In this document: positions 32,232-41,585 of the stretch, in pieces
How positions within the stretch are numbered: position 1 is the first letter of the stretch
How the letters are laid out: each line of letters opens with the position of its first letter
IMG/VR virus record: IMGVR_UViG_3300028372_000001
Direction: 5' to 3' (one strand)
Source: an uncultured virus (IMG/VR IMGVR_UViG_3300028372_000001)
Taxonomy: Duplodnaviria > Heunggongvirae > Uroviricota > Caudoviricetes
Length of the DNA: 64,000 bases
Notes under the pieces: model-generated
Database searches by the model: none
Told to the model about the DNA's origin: nothing
The model's input: the letters and a program-made list of their open reading frames with translations, nothing else
Made by a program: the position numbers and the translations under genes

Positions 32232-32471
32232 TCAAATGATTGCCTGCTCCAGCGACTCGTTGGAAACATGAAGGCGCGTGAGGGGTTCCGTTCCCCAGCT
32301 GCTACCCGTGAGCGAGCGGAGCCCTTCGCCTTTCAGCACTTCGGAACCGAATGCTTCGAAGGGGCCGACCTGAAAGCTGTAACCAGCGTATTCGAACCGA
32401 CCAGCGTCGTCATACTGCACCGTCACAGATTCGCCGGTCCAGTTGTTTTTGTTCGTGGTGACTTCGTTCAT
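32232..32471 (-). CDS. Early hypothetical protein
   Basis: Own leader. Confidence 0.55.
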   Translation of the reverse strand: MNEVTTNKNNWTGESVTVQYDDAGRFEYAGYSFQVGPFEAFGSEVLKGEGLRSLTGSSWGTEPLTRLHVSNESLEQAII

Positions 32472-32776
32472 GTTTTGCTTCCCCGTCGTTGGTATGGGTT
32501 CATTATACAGACACCATACCAATACACAGGAACTTTCTGAAATTAATTTGAGTGCCGTCGAGCCTCCCGGCTATCAAGGACCGTACCCATGCCCACGATG
32601 AAGGCGAGGAAGGCGACAACGATCATGTAGTCTTGGAAGTATTCCGGGCGGAGCCAAGTCACAATGGCGACGGTTGTGAGCACTGCGAGGATCATGCGGA
32701 TCATGGTGCGTTCCTTCCGTTGACAGTGTTATGCTACATGGACAGCAAAGGGGGCACAAGGCCCCCCGTGGAAGGC

Positions 32777-33244
32777 TTAAGCCTTCCGGTTGTTGGCTGC
32801 GAGCCAGACACCACCGGCCATGCGGGTGAGAGTCCAGATACCGACCGGCAGTGCCATGCCGAAGGTAATCGCCAGACCCTGATGGAAGTAGCCTTCCGCG
32901 TTGGCATAGAATGCCATGCTGTTCAGGAGCATGGATGCGAGGACCGTGCCAATGACATACCGCTTCCCGTAAATGATGGTTTCGCGCAGCTTGCGGCCCA
33001 TGGTGATCGTGACCAGTTCGGCGGAGATCATGCCCGTATCGATTGCCACGGCTGCCGCGAAGCCAATCCAGAGAGACTGCCCGAAGATGCCCGAGATGCC
33101 CATTGCAAGGTGTTCCAGCGAGATTGCCATGAGTGCCAGATTCACCAGTGCAATGCTGGGCACAATGAACCGGTTTGCCATGCGCTTCTGGAAAGCGGTG
33201 AGCTTGAGGTCCGTTGCTTTTGCTTTGCGGGTTGCTGCTGCCAT
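32777..33244 (-). CDS. Early four-TM membrane protein
   Basis: Hydrophobic segments; own promoter. Confidence 0.65.
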   Translation of the reverse strand: MAAATRKAKATDLKLTAFQKRMANRFIVPSIALVNLALMAISLEHLAMGISGIFGQSLWIGFAAAVAIDTGMISAELVTITMGRKLRETIIYGKRYVIGTVLASMLLNSMAFYANAEGYFHQGLAITFGMALPVGIWTLTRMAGGVWLAANNRKA

Positions 33245-33440
33245 GTTTGCTGCTCCGTCGTTGGTATGGGTGAATTATGGGGGATGGGGTGGTGACTGTC
33301 AACAAGTTTCTCGATTATTTTCGAGAGACGAACGGTAGTAGACTCCTTGTAAATTAGCTGCTACCATAGGCTGGCGGTTGGGGGAATGAGGCCGTAAAAT
33401 GGGAGCCATTGCGGCTCCCGTCGTGCTACACTCGCGGGGT

Positions 33441-33713
33441 CTACCGGAGAGTCTGTGCCATGCTTTTCACCTGAGATAGAACAGTGTTCAGATAGTTTGC
33501 GGCTTCCTCCACCTGCTCGTTGGGCCGTGCTCCATCCCACGACAGATTCTCAGGGGACAAGTCATCCTCGATGGTTTCGATGAGTTCCTGACACTGCTCC
33601 TGAGTGAGCGTCTCCAGCTTGATCGGAGCGGCGTTGGGGTGATGAGTGACTACCCGGTGCCCATTGTGCCACCAGATATACCGTTCGAGTTCATCTGTTG
33701 CCATTGCCATCAT
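33441..33713 (-). CDS. Early protein, DLSPENL.xDG family
   Basis: AGGAG RBS; motif shared with the 30599 gene. Confidence 0.6.
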   Translation of the reverse strand: MMAMATDELERYIWWHNGHRVVTHHPNAAPIKLETLTQEQCQELIETIEDDLSPENLSWDGARPNEQVEEAANYLNTVLSQVKSMAQTLR

Positions 33714-34088
33714 CTCCTGTGAATGTGTGTTTATTATCAGGGATATCAGCTAGTCTGTCAACCGTTGTCGGGTACAACCTTGTGGGTGTATGCTGCCGCT
33801 TTCTGGTCAATGCCACGGAAGCTAGCGAGCCAGCGAGGGATGACAACATACGTCATGTTGTGCTTGTTATTGATGATGATTTGATCAATCGGTAGCCAGC
33901 AACAGTTTACTCTGCCACTATGGGAAAGCATCGCCAGACCAGAAACCAATACGTTAACGTCATAGCCTTCCGTGGTCACGTCCGTGAAGGTCAACCGGTC
34001 ATGCTCAGTTATGGGGATCGAACATAGGTCTAGAACCTCTCAGAATGGCTCGTGGCTGGCTTTAATGGTTTGGGGAGGGCCTTACCCC

Positions 34089-34430
34089 TCAGAAAGAGGG
34101 GTTGCGTTCTTCGTGGATACCGAGGACCAACCAGAAGCATCCGTCGGTCCACCCGTGCTGTTTGAACACGCGACCGTCGTTGTCGGTCATGGCCTTGCGA
34201 GGACGGCGGAAAGTGTTGCCCGTGCTTGTGACGATTTTCTCGCCGCTTTTGCTGATCGAAGCGATGGTGCCGACGTGATAGGAGTCACCATTGAACGACA
34301 TGGAGACCTCATCGCCAATCTGCGGGAACTGCTGGGTGGCATACTGAGCCATGCGGTTCGGGGCGAAGGTAACAACCTCATTTTCTGCGAGGGCTGCTTC
34401 TGCTTCTGCGAAGGTGTAGAAAAGATTCAT
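34089..34430 (-). CDS. Early hypothetical protein
   Basis: Own promoter and leader. Confidence 0.6.
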   Translation of the reverse strand: MNLFYTFAEAEAALAENEVVTFAPNRMAQYATQQFPQIGDEVSMSFNGDSYHVGTIASISKSGEKIVTSTGNTFRRPRKAMTDNDGRVFKQHGWTDGCFWLVLGIHEERNPSF

Positions 34431-34541
34431 GTTTTGCTTCTCCGTCGTTGGTATGGGTGTAATATACTCCCATACCAACAACCAGTCAATTCATGAGCGA
34501 CGAACGGTCATCCCACCGCCGGACCATCTGCAGGGTGGTTG

Positions 34542-35027
34542 TCAATACCTTTCATCTAGTTCTGCCCGGTGCTCGATGTACTCCAATACTATGGCTGGCA
34601 CCCCATTGTAAATATGCCCTTGCTTCGTTAGCATACGTTCAATTTCAGGCGGATCGGTTCTGTAATTGGCGAGGCAGTCCCCTAACATGTACCCGATACG
34701 CTCAGCCAGAAACGCAACCCTTTCCTCTAGTCTGTACAATGTGGTGCTATTCATTTTCGAGGCGGGGATATCTTCCGTCACCATCCCCTGCGAATAGTCA
34801 GGATCAGGTCCACACCCAAAATTCACAACCTTCCGTTGATTCGGCGTTGCCAAAATCCAGTGTGCTACTTCATGGAAGGCAAACCCGATCCCGTAGGCTT
34901 TTGCAGTATGCCCATCATATTGTGCTGTCGGGCGGTAAAATACATCCGGGCCTATTCGCTCCATACTGAACCCAAGGTATTCAGCCATTTGAATGGCATC
35001 CTTCCAGATTTCCGATTCGGCTCGCAT
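34542..35027 (-). CDS. HExxH protein reminiscent of EpmC/YfcM
   Basis: FHEVAHWILA....R...NFG...D motif. Confidence 0.45.
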   Translation of the reverse strand: MRAESEIWKDAIQMAEYLGFSMERIGPDVFYRPTAQYDGHTAKAYGIGFAFHEVAHWILATPNQRKVVNFGCGPDPDYSQGMVTEDIPASKMNSTTLYRLEERVAFLAERIGYMLGDCLANYRTDPPEIERMLTKQGHIYNGVPAIVLEYIEHRAELDERY

Positions 35028-35080
35028 TGTGGTTTCTCCGTAGTGGTATGGGTGCAATATACTCCATGGCTCACATCGTG

Positions 35081-35386
35081 TCAATACCTGTTAGCACTCC
35101 ATTCCAGTGAACGCTGGCGACGCTTTTCGTCCACTGTGTTATGGTATTGCGTTTTGCAGCGGTGTTTCCCATCCTTGTTGCAGAACGCTTGCTTCGGGTG
35201 TTTCTTCGTGAATTGCGTGTCACACATCGGACAGATACAGACTGAACCATTGGGTGCTGCCTGATTTTGTCCCTTGTGCACCACCCGAAGCATCCGGTAT
35301 GCTTCCCTTCCGCCTTCCGTGGCCAATTCATGATGCTCGCCTGCTACGTCAGCATCATATGCACCATCCCCTTTAGCGTAACTCAT
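35081..35386 (-). CDS. Zn-finger hypothetical protein
   Basis: CPMC...FC......C. Confidence 0.5.
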   Translation of the reverse strand: MSYAKGDGAYDADVAGEHHELATEGGREAYRMLRVVHKGQNQAAPNGSVCICPMCDTQFTKKHPKQAFCNKDGKHRCKTQYHNTVDEKRRQRSLEWSANRY

Positions 35387-35397
35387 GATGGTGTCCC

Positions 35398-35700
35398 TCA
35401 GAGGATTTTGTTGAGTGCGGACAGGACTCGCTTGCTGCCGCCACTTGCGTTCATCACGAACGTACCACCATCCATGATGCCAATGGCACCCATGCCACCA
35501 CCATCGGTTCCCCACACACTGCCGGAGCGGGTACGCGGGAGTGCGGACAGGACGCTGTAATATTCGCCGTCTGCCTGCACGAATTCCTCGCGATTGGCGA
35601 CATACTTGCGAATGGTCAGAAGGTCGCCACGAACGTCCACGGTCCAGCCGAAACGGTCGGCGGCTTCCTTGATCTTGAGTGCGTCGTCTGCTGCTGCCAT
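35398..35700 (-). CDS. Early hypothetical protein
   Basis: Own promoter and leader; WGTDGGG.G motif. Confidence 0.6.
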   Translation of the reverse strand: MAAADDALKIKEAADRFGWTVDVRGDLLTIRKYVANREEFVQADGEYYSVLSALPRTRSGSVWGTDGGGMGAIGIMDGGTFVMNASGGSKRVLSALNKIL

Positions 35701-35807
35701 GTTTGCTTCTCCGTCGTTGGTATGGGTGTAATATACAGGACAGTGAGTGTGAATTGCAAGCGTTTTTTAGAAAAAGGGGAGGGCATTGCCCCCCCTCATT
35801 CCGTGGA

Positions 35808-36092
35808 TCAGCTGGGCGTCAGACCCAAGTCTAGAAGTTTGCGGTAATGTTCGCGGGCAGCATCGGCCCGATACGCGCCAGCCGTCACAATCTCCCGGCC
35901 CAAGTCATCGCGGAACTGCGCGACCAGCACCCAAACCTGCTTGTCTCCCTTGTTCGCTGCGAATACAACCCGCGTCCCATTTTCGCCCATGAGAGTGTGC
36001 TGCTGCTTGCCAGCGGGTGCCGTATCGGAGAACATCTCAGCACTTTCGATGTAGTGCGTGATCCCGGAGAGTGCGCTTTTGATGGTGGACAT
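35808..36092 (-). CDS. Early hypothetical protein
   Basis: Own promoter and leader. Confidence 0.6.
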   Translation of the reverse strand: MSTIKSALSGITHYIESAEMFSDTAPAGKQQHTLMGENGTRVVFAANKGDKQVWVLVAQFRDDLGREIVTAGAYRADAAREHYRKLLDLGLTPS

Positions 36093-36287
36093 GAATTTCG
36101 CTCCGTCGTTGGTATGGGTGTAATATACTCCACTACCCATAAGCTGTCAATACCGTTCGTCGGGCGTGAGTGGTTGTAGCTGGAGGCGGCTTTGTGGAGT
36201 CATTCCCCCAACCGCCAGCCTATTTTACACCATAAAAAGCAAGGTGGGAAGTACCGTTCGTCGGCCCTTCCACCCTGTCATACTGTG

Positions 36288-36707
36288 CTATGCTTCAGCC
36301 TGCTCCAGCCACCGGATAGCAGTCTCCCGGTCGGCGGCTCCCATTTCCAGCATGGCACTGATGCTGGACTCGTAAGCGGCATCCTCGGCCAGCCGATCAC
36401 GCTCCCCTTGCTTGCAGAGGTCCTCGACTTCTGCCAGAATTTCCTCGGTGTTGAGAGCGTTGTAGTCGAAGGCACGCGGACGGAAACCGTAAACATCCTT
36501 GTAGCAATTCCAATGGGTAGCGATTGCCATATGCCGCTCGTACTGCTCGACAGAGTACACGCCCATTTCGGCCCAATGCTCGGCATCGACCACGGGCATC
36601 ATGGCCCAGCGGTTCTCAGAGTCCTCAGCCACCCATGCCATGGTTTTGGCGTTCGCAGCTTCGATGTAATCGACAAGGGCAATCTGGTCTGCGGTGAGGT
36701 TCGTCAT
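36288..36707 (-). CDS. Early conserved phage protein (YKDVYGFRPR)
   Basis: Own promoter; GA.DRETAIRW motif. Confidence 0.65.
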   Translation of the reverse strand: MTNLTADQIALVDYIEAANAKTMAWVAEDSENRWAMMPVVDAEHWAEMGVYSVEQYERHMAIATHWNCYKDVYGFRPRAFDYNALNTEEILAEVEDLCKQGERDRLAEDAAYESSISAMLEMGAADRETAIRWLEQAEA

Positions 36708-36803
36708 GGGGCGACTCCGTTGTTGGTATGGGTGTAATATACGGGTTGGGGAGGGTGTTGTCAATACCGCTCGTCGGTCGGAACGAAAGCTGTGCTAGTG
36801 CCC

Positions 36804-37046
36804 TCAGATTGCGAGGGCTTGCCCCAGATGGCGGAAGTAGTCGAGCACGTCCCCATTGATGAAATCAATTTTGACGATGACTGCCTTGATGGCAACCTGC
36901 TCCGTGGCGTTGGTTCCCTTGATGCCTTCGACCACGACACCATAGGGCATGACGTTGACGCCGCTCGGGCCTTCGACTTCGAAGGTCTGTTCCAGATCGA
37001 GACCTTTCTCGCTGATGAACGTGTCGAGCCAGTTGATGAAGGTCAT
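36804..37046 (-). CDS. Early hypothetical protein
   Basis: Own promoter and leader. Confidence 0.6.
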   Translation of the reverse strand: MTFINWLDTFISEKGLDLEQTFEVEGPSGVNVMPYGVVVEGIKGTNATEQVAIKAVIVKIDFINGDVLDYFRHLGQALAI

Positions 37047-37145
37047 GGGTCACTCCGTCTGAGGTATGGGTCTAATATACACCCCAACCCGGAAGGTGTC
37101 AACGACCGTTCGTCGGGGATGACAAACGGTCGTTGTGTGCTAGAC

Positions 37146-37457
37146 TCAGGTCAGGACGACCCACTGGTCAGGCTCGATGGAATGGAAGTAGCTAGCTCTG
37201 GCACCGAAATACTGGTGACCCTGTTCCTGCCAGAAGCCGCGACGGAAGCCCATGATGTTGCAGAGGGCATTGAGGCGGCTGCGGGTGGTCGGCGTCGGCC
37301 AGCCTGCGAGGGTGGCATAGATGCGGCCATTCTCCCGCTTGGCGATCACGTTGCCGTGCAGGCTGAGGGTGTCGCCCGTGGACGTGGTGTTGCCCATGGT
37401 CTTGGACTCACCCAGAACGAACGCGGTGCAGACTTCTTCTTCTTCGACCTTGCGCAT
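37146..37457 (-). CDS. Early conserved phage protein (GW.T.TT.SRLNA)
   Basis: Own promoter. Confidence 0.6.
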   Translation of the reverse strand: MRKVEEEEVCTAFVLGESKTMGNTTSTGDTLSLHGNVIAKRENGRIYATLAGWPTPTTRSRLNALCNIMGFRRGFWQEQGHQYFGARASYFHSIEPDQWVVLT

Positions 37458-37511
37458 GTGACGTGCTCCGTTGAAGTGATGAGGCAAATATACTCCCCAT
37501 CCCGGATACTG

Positions 37512-37881
37512 TCAAGTGTTTATTTCCACATCATTGGGGATTGCTATTGAATAGTTTTTGGTGATATTCTCCACGGCTGCCTCTACCTCATAGTTGTCCA
37601 TGTCTGATGCGCCGGTCACGCACCAGTGGACGCCAAAGGCAAAGGTGGCATCACATGCCAGAAGCTGACCATAGTAGAACATCTTCCATTGTTGCAGATT
37701 CGCGTACACTTGTGCGTGGCTGTCCTTCTGTCCCTGATCGCCCCCCCATGGTCGGGTGTCCACAGGTGGGGCACAGACGAGCTTCGGGACCATAAGTGTT
37801 CGCCCACGAATCGGCTTCTTGGACCATCAGCTTAGCCATATGCTCAATCATGTGACGAATTTCGCTGCGGGCAATCCCCAT
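37512..37881 (-). CDS. Hypothetical protein frameshifted at a C7 run (37741-37747)
   Basis: ORFs 37651-37881 and 37512-37793 join if one base is removed. Confidence 0.45.
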
Positions 37882-38031
37882 GGTCTGTTCCTCAATTGGT
37901 TGGATTAATGCTAACGCAAGCGTTAGTGTACCAGTCGCATGGTGCTCCGGTCAAGGCTTTACAGTGGGACTTTGTATAGACTTGAACGAACTTCACTGTT
38001 AAGTGTATTATAGGGGGTTGATCAACCCACG

Positions 38032-38406
38032 TCAACACCATTGTATGGAAGCGATCAGTTGTTTCCCGCGCTTGTGATCGGAAGCATTACCATCGGAACG
38101 CCACTCGAAGTCCTTGGCAATTTCACTTGCAGCGATGAGGATGGCCACTACAATCTCATCGTAAGGCTTCTCGGCAGTCTTGCAGAACTCCCGCTGTTCA
38201 TCGGCAACGATCATGAACGTCTCGTGTCCGTCCTCGCCCACACCATTCAGACGAATCGTGTCATTCGAGAGGCGCGGGGGGCTGGTATGATCACGCCCAT
38301 ACTGGACAGGAACGTCACTTTCTTTGATGATAGCTTTCGCGATGGGTAGGAGTTGGTTGAATTCGGTGGGGGTGATGTTGCCATTCCAGTAGTGAGTGTA
38401 ACCCAT
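38032..38406 (-). CDS. Conserved phage protein (MGYTHYW...FCKT..KPYD)
   Basis: Motif and GGAG RBS. Confidence 0.65.
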   Translation of the reverse strand: MGYTHYWNGNITPTEFNQLLPIAKAIIKESDVPVQYGRDHTSPPRLSNDTIRLNGVGEDGHETFMIVADEQREFCKTAEKPYDEIVVAILIAASEIAKDFEWRSDGNASDHKRGKQLIASIQWC

Positions 38407-38440
38407 GGTTGTTCTCCAAAAGTGTTTGATCATCATAACA

Positions 38441-38680
38441 AAAAAGGGGTTAGCCGTCCACCCCCAAGGTCCTATTCTTTATCCACTTTTTATTTAATCA
38501 ATCTACATTAAATTAATCTAGGTTATGGGTTACATAGCCGCCTACCTCCATGTCAGATTGTTTAAAAACTAAGGCCAGTTTAGAGACATGGCCGGGTCTA
38601 TCGCCGGGTGCTACGAGAAGTGTGCCTTTTCGGCGCTTTGCACTAGGGGTTCAACCTTACCTCACCCCCAAAGGGTTAAT
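38441..38680 (-). ncRNA. Candidate roughly 240-nt small RNA
   Basis: TTGACA-N17-CAGAAT at 38715-38687, no substantial ORF, hairpins, ends in a GC hairpin plus T-run. Confidence 0.45.
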
Positions 38681-38711
38681 GCGTGTATTCTGTACTAGTT
38701 GACGGTAGTTG

Positions 38712-39044
38712 TCAACCCTTACGGACGACCGGTAGCCTCCGCGATACGACCCAGCAGCAGCGAACTGCTGATCGAGGACAGAGGGCAATAGTACCATCAG
38801 TGTTGTATTTGGGGGCGAACACCCCGGATCGCAGCCCCAGAAAAGAGCCATAGTATACCACACCATTCATGCAGTATTCTTGAAAATGATCCACGAGATC
38901 ATCGGAGAAGCTCTTGAGACGTTCTTCTTGTTGTTCTTCGTGTGATGTTTTTATCTTTTCGTTGTCTACAACCACCCAAATCAGCAACGAGACTAGAACG
39001 ATTCCCAAGCTTATCCAGATTATCGCTGAATTATTTTTATACAT
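38712..39044 (-). CDS. Membrane-anchored hypothetical protein
   Basis: N-terminal TM segment. Confidence 0.5.
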   Translation of the reverse strand: MYKNNSAIIWISLGIVLVSLLIWVVVDNEKIKTSHEEQQEERLKSFSDDLVDHFQEYCMNGVVYYGSFLGLRSGVFAPKYNTDGTIALCPRSAVRCCWVVSRRLPVVRKG

Positions 39045-39243
39045 ACTCTCACCACTCCGTGCGGTTGGCGTGCTTGGGCTTGCGCTTGTAATCCCGCTTG
39101 GATTTGTGACCACCAGCACCACCCACACCGTTGAGGTTGTGGAGCAGTGCCATGTTGCGAGCCTTGGAAGTTTTCATTGTCTCAGTCCTGTATGAGTCGG
39201 TATGCTGTCTATTATACAGGACTATTTAGGGCTGTCAACCCCT

Positions 39244-39516
39244 CTATTCGCCTATTCCAAGCTGTTGTCGCATCACCACATTGTCGAAATCGGGGTTAGC
39301 CTTGAGGCCAGTAGACGTGGATTCACCATAGCAATCACCCGTAGCCGTATTGACGAACCCGGCAGAGACTGCCACGATTTCAGTGCCGAACACCCCCCAT
39401 CGTTTGTTGCTACACGCAACAGCCATCTCCTTGTGAGTCATGAGTTCAGAGAAGATCACGGGATAGCCGATACCGTGACCGTCGTCATCACGAAACATGA
39501 TGTACTTGGCTTTCAT
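39244..39516 (-). CDS. Small conserved phage protein
   Basis: PVIF...H...VSAGF....CYGES motif. Confidence 0.55.
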   Translation of the reverse strand: MKAKYIMFRDDDGHGIGYPVIFSELMTHKEMAVACSNKRWGVFGTEIVAVSAGFVNTATGDCYGESTSTGLKANPDFDNVVMRQQLGIGE

Positions 39517-40034
39517 CGTGAAAATGCCTTCCAGAACAACGCTGCGACAGATGCTACGAGACCTATGAGCGCAATTGTGAACACTGTCCAGATTTTCGGC
39601 AGAAGGGTGGACGGATCACTAAACACCTCGAACGCCATGAATGTAGTGACCCACACGATTACACCAGACCAGAACGAAATCCCCACTATGTACCAGTTAC
39701 CCAAGTTGCAATCATAGCTACAAAATTCATATACTTCTCCCGTAAGTGATGTGCCTCTATTGTAGCAGACGCATTGCTTTTGTCAACCTTCTGGTGCTCT
39801 ATCATATTCGGGCCAGTAAGCCCTTTCATTGGTTTCGATATAGATTACTTCGCCGCCATCTAGTACCATGGCAACGTCAGGGTGCTTGTTGGAATCTTCC
39901 TCGAAAAATCCTTCACACCACATAATGGCTCCGGTCTTATCCTCAAAAATGTTTACGTCTACTACTGCATCGTCAGAAATCGTCATTGCTTTGAACATGT
40001 CTATCCTCTCATTTAAGTGTTGGGTCTCTATTGT

Positions 40035-40862
40035 TCAGATTGTGATTACCAGCTTTGGATTGAACCCATCATTAAGATTGGGGACCGCACCATTGTAGCC
40101 ACGCGGGTTGTTGACGACCCGAGTTCCCCCAATGATGTAATCGGAGTTGGCGTGAACGTGACCGTGCAGCCACAGTGCGATATCGTTGTACATGATATCA
40201 GACAATTCAGTAGCATAGCAATCGTTTAGTTTGTTTTCCCTGAATTTTTCAGGAATACTCATCCACGACGGCGCATGATGCGTGACCACCACAGTCGGAC
40301 CATCGAACGGGGTTGCCGTGCGAGTCCTGATGTAGTCTACTGCAAGGGCATGTTCTGCAATAAAGTCGGCTGCCGAGAAGTTACGCGTGTTCTCACCATC
40401 ACGCATCCAGATGTGTTTGAAATCATTCATGCCATAGGCCGAATCAGTCGCACGCAGGGCAACCATAGGATCACCACCACGCATACTCGTCCAGAGAGTG
40501 CTGCCGATGAAACGCACACCATCAATGATGACGGTCTTGTTGTCAAGGAAGTGGAAGTTGTCCACAGTGGCATCCACATTTGCCCACCACTCTCGAACGT
40601 CCTCCATGACACCATGGTAGAACTCATGGTTCCCGGCGACCATCACGACAGCCTTGTGACGCTTGGCGAGGGCTTTCACCCAATTCGTATGGCGGGACCA
40701 GTAGCGACCGGCAAGGTTGTCCCGGTCCATTTCAGCAGTGATGTCACCAGCCAACACCAACACCATTTCAGACTCACCATCGAGGAAGGGCAGGGCAAAA
40801 TCGGTCCAACCACCCTCGGCGTCGAATTCTAGGTGTATGTCATTGAGGCAACGGATGTTCAT
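40035..40862 (-). CDS. Calcineurin-like metallophosphoesterase
   Basis: DIHLE, AGDI, GNHEFY, THHAP, HGHVH, NPRGY. Confidence 0.9.
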   Translation of the reverse strand: MNIRCLNDIHLEFDAEGGWTDFALPFLDGESEMVLVLAGDITAEMDRDNLAGRYWSRHTNWVKALAKRHKAVVMVAGNHEFYHGVMEDVREWWANVDATVDNFHFLDNKTVIIDGVRFIGSTLWTSMRGGDPMVALRATDSAYGMNDFKHIWMRDGENTRNFSAADFIAEHALAVDYIRTRTATPFDGPTVVVTHHAPSWMSIPEKFRENKLNDCYATELSDIMYNDIALWLHGHVHANSDYIIGGTRVVNNPRGYNGAVPNLNDGFNPKLVITI

Positions 40863-40967
40863 GGTTATATGCTCTTGAATGTGATGATGTGTACAATATA
40901 CAAAATCACGGGCACTGTCAACATATTAGAAAGGGGGCCTTTTATCGACTTGCCCCCGAGGTCCTTA

Positions 40968-41585
40968 TTAAATTCCATTAGATTCAATAGTTTGATTTTC
41001 CTCTACATTTTTCTTCTTTCTCCCACCCCGTCTGCCATAATATCTTGCAGAATAACAAGTTAAAATTTTCATAATATCCTCTGCTAATTCTTCTTCATAC
41101 TTCTGTTCTTTCGCCTCAACAATCTCAACGGTTATTTCTAAGTTTTTAAAAATAGCATCAAGATATTCATACCCAAATCTTGCAAGTCTATCTTTGTACT
41201 CAATTAAAATACGTTCCACTTTACCCTCAAAGCACAACTTAATCAGTTTATGTATGCCTTTTCTTTTCTCGTTTATCCCACTTGCCATTTCATCAATCAG
41301 GATAAATTTGTAACCTTTGTTTTCAGCGTGTTTTCTAAGTCTGTCTTTTTGTCTCTCAAGGTTTTCCTTCTGCTTTGCCGTTGAACATCTCGCATATATG
41401 ACCGTTAGCTTTTCCTGTTTCTCTTTCTCAACTCCCATATAAGCGTCTAAGTCATCTTGCCTAAAACGCCTATGGCTGCCAGAAGTTTTGAAAGAGTTTA
41501 TCTTGCCCCTATTTGCAAGTGTTTTAAGCGTATTGATTGATACACCTAAATATTCGCTTGCTTTGGTTATCTTATAGATTTTCAT
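40968..41585 (-). CDS. tnpA: IS607-family serine transposase (N-terminal MerR-like HTH plus resolvase domain)
   Basis: ASEYLGVSINTL..GSHRRF; IYARCST..QK.NLERQ; ASG; YKDRLARFG; SAR.YGRR. Confidence 0.9.
   Translation of the reverse strand: MKIYKITKASEYLGVSINTLKTLANRGKINSFKTSGSHRRFRQDDLDAYMGVEKEKQEKLTVIYARCSTAKQKENLERQKDRLRKHAENKGYKFILIDEMASGINEKRKGIHKLIKLCFEGKVERILIEYKDRLARFGYEYLDAIFKNLEITVEIVEAKEQKYEEELAEDIMKILTCYSARYYGRRGGRKKKNVEENQTIESNGI

Noticed and set aside
28380..37515. CRISPR array reading of the repeated leader
   Set aside because: Repeats are separated by whole genes of variable length and coincide with -10 and RBS elements; no cas genes seen
27126..37835. Many long plus-strand ORFs in the GC-rich array
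   Set aside because: Antisense shadows of minus-strand genes that have their own promoters and RBS
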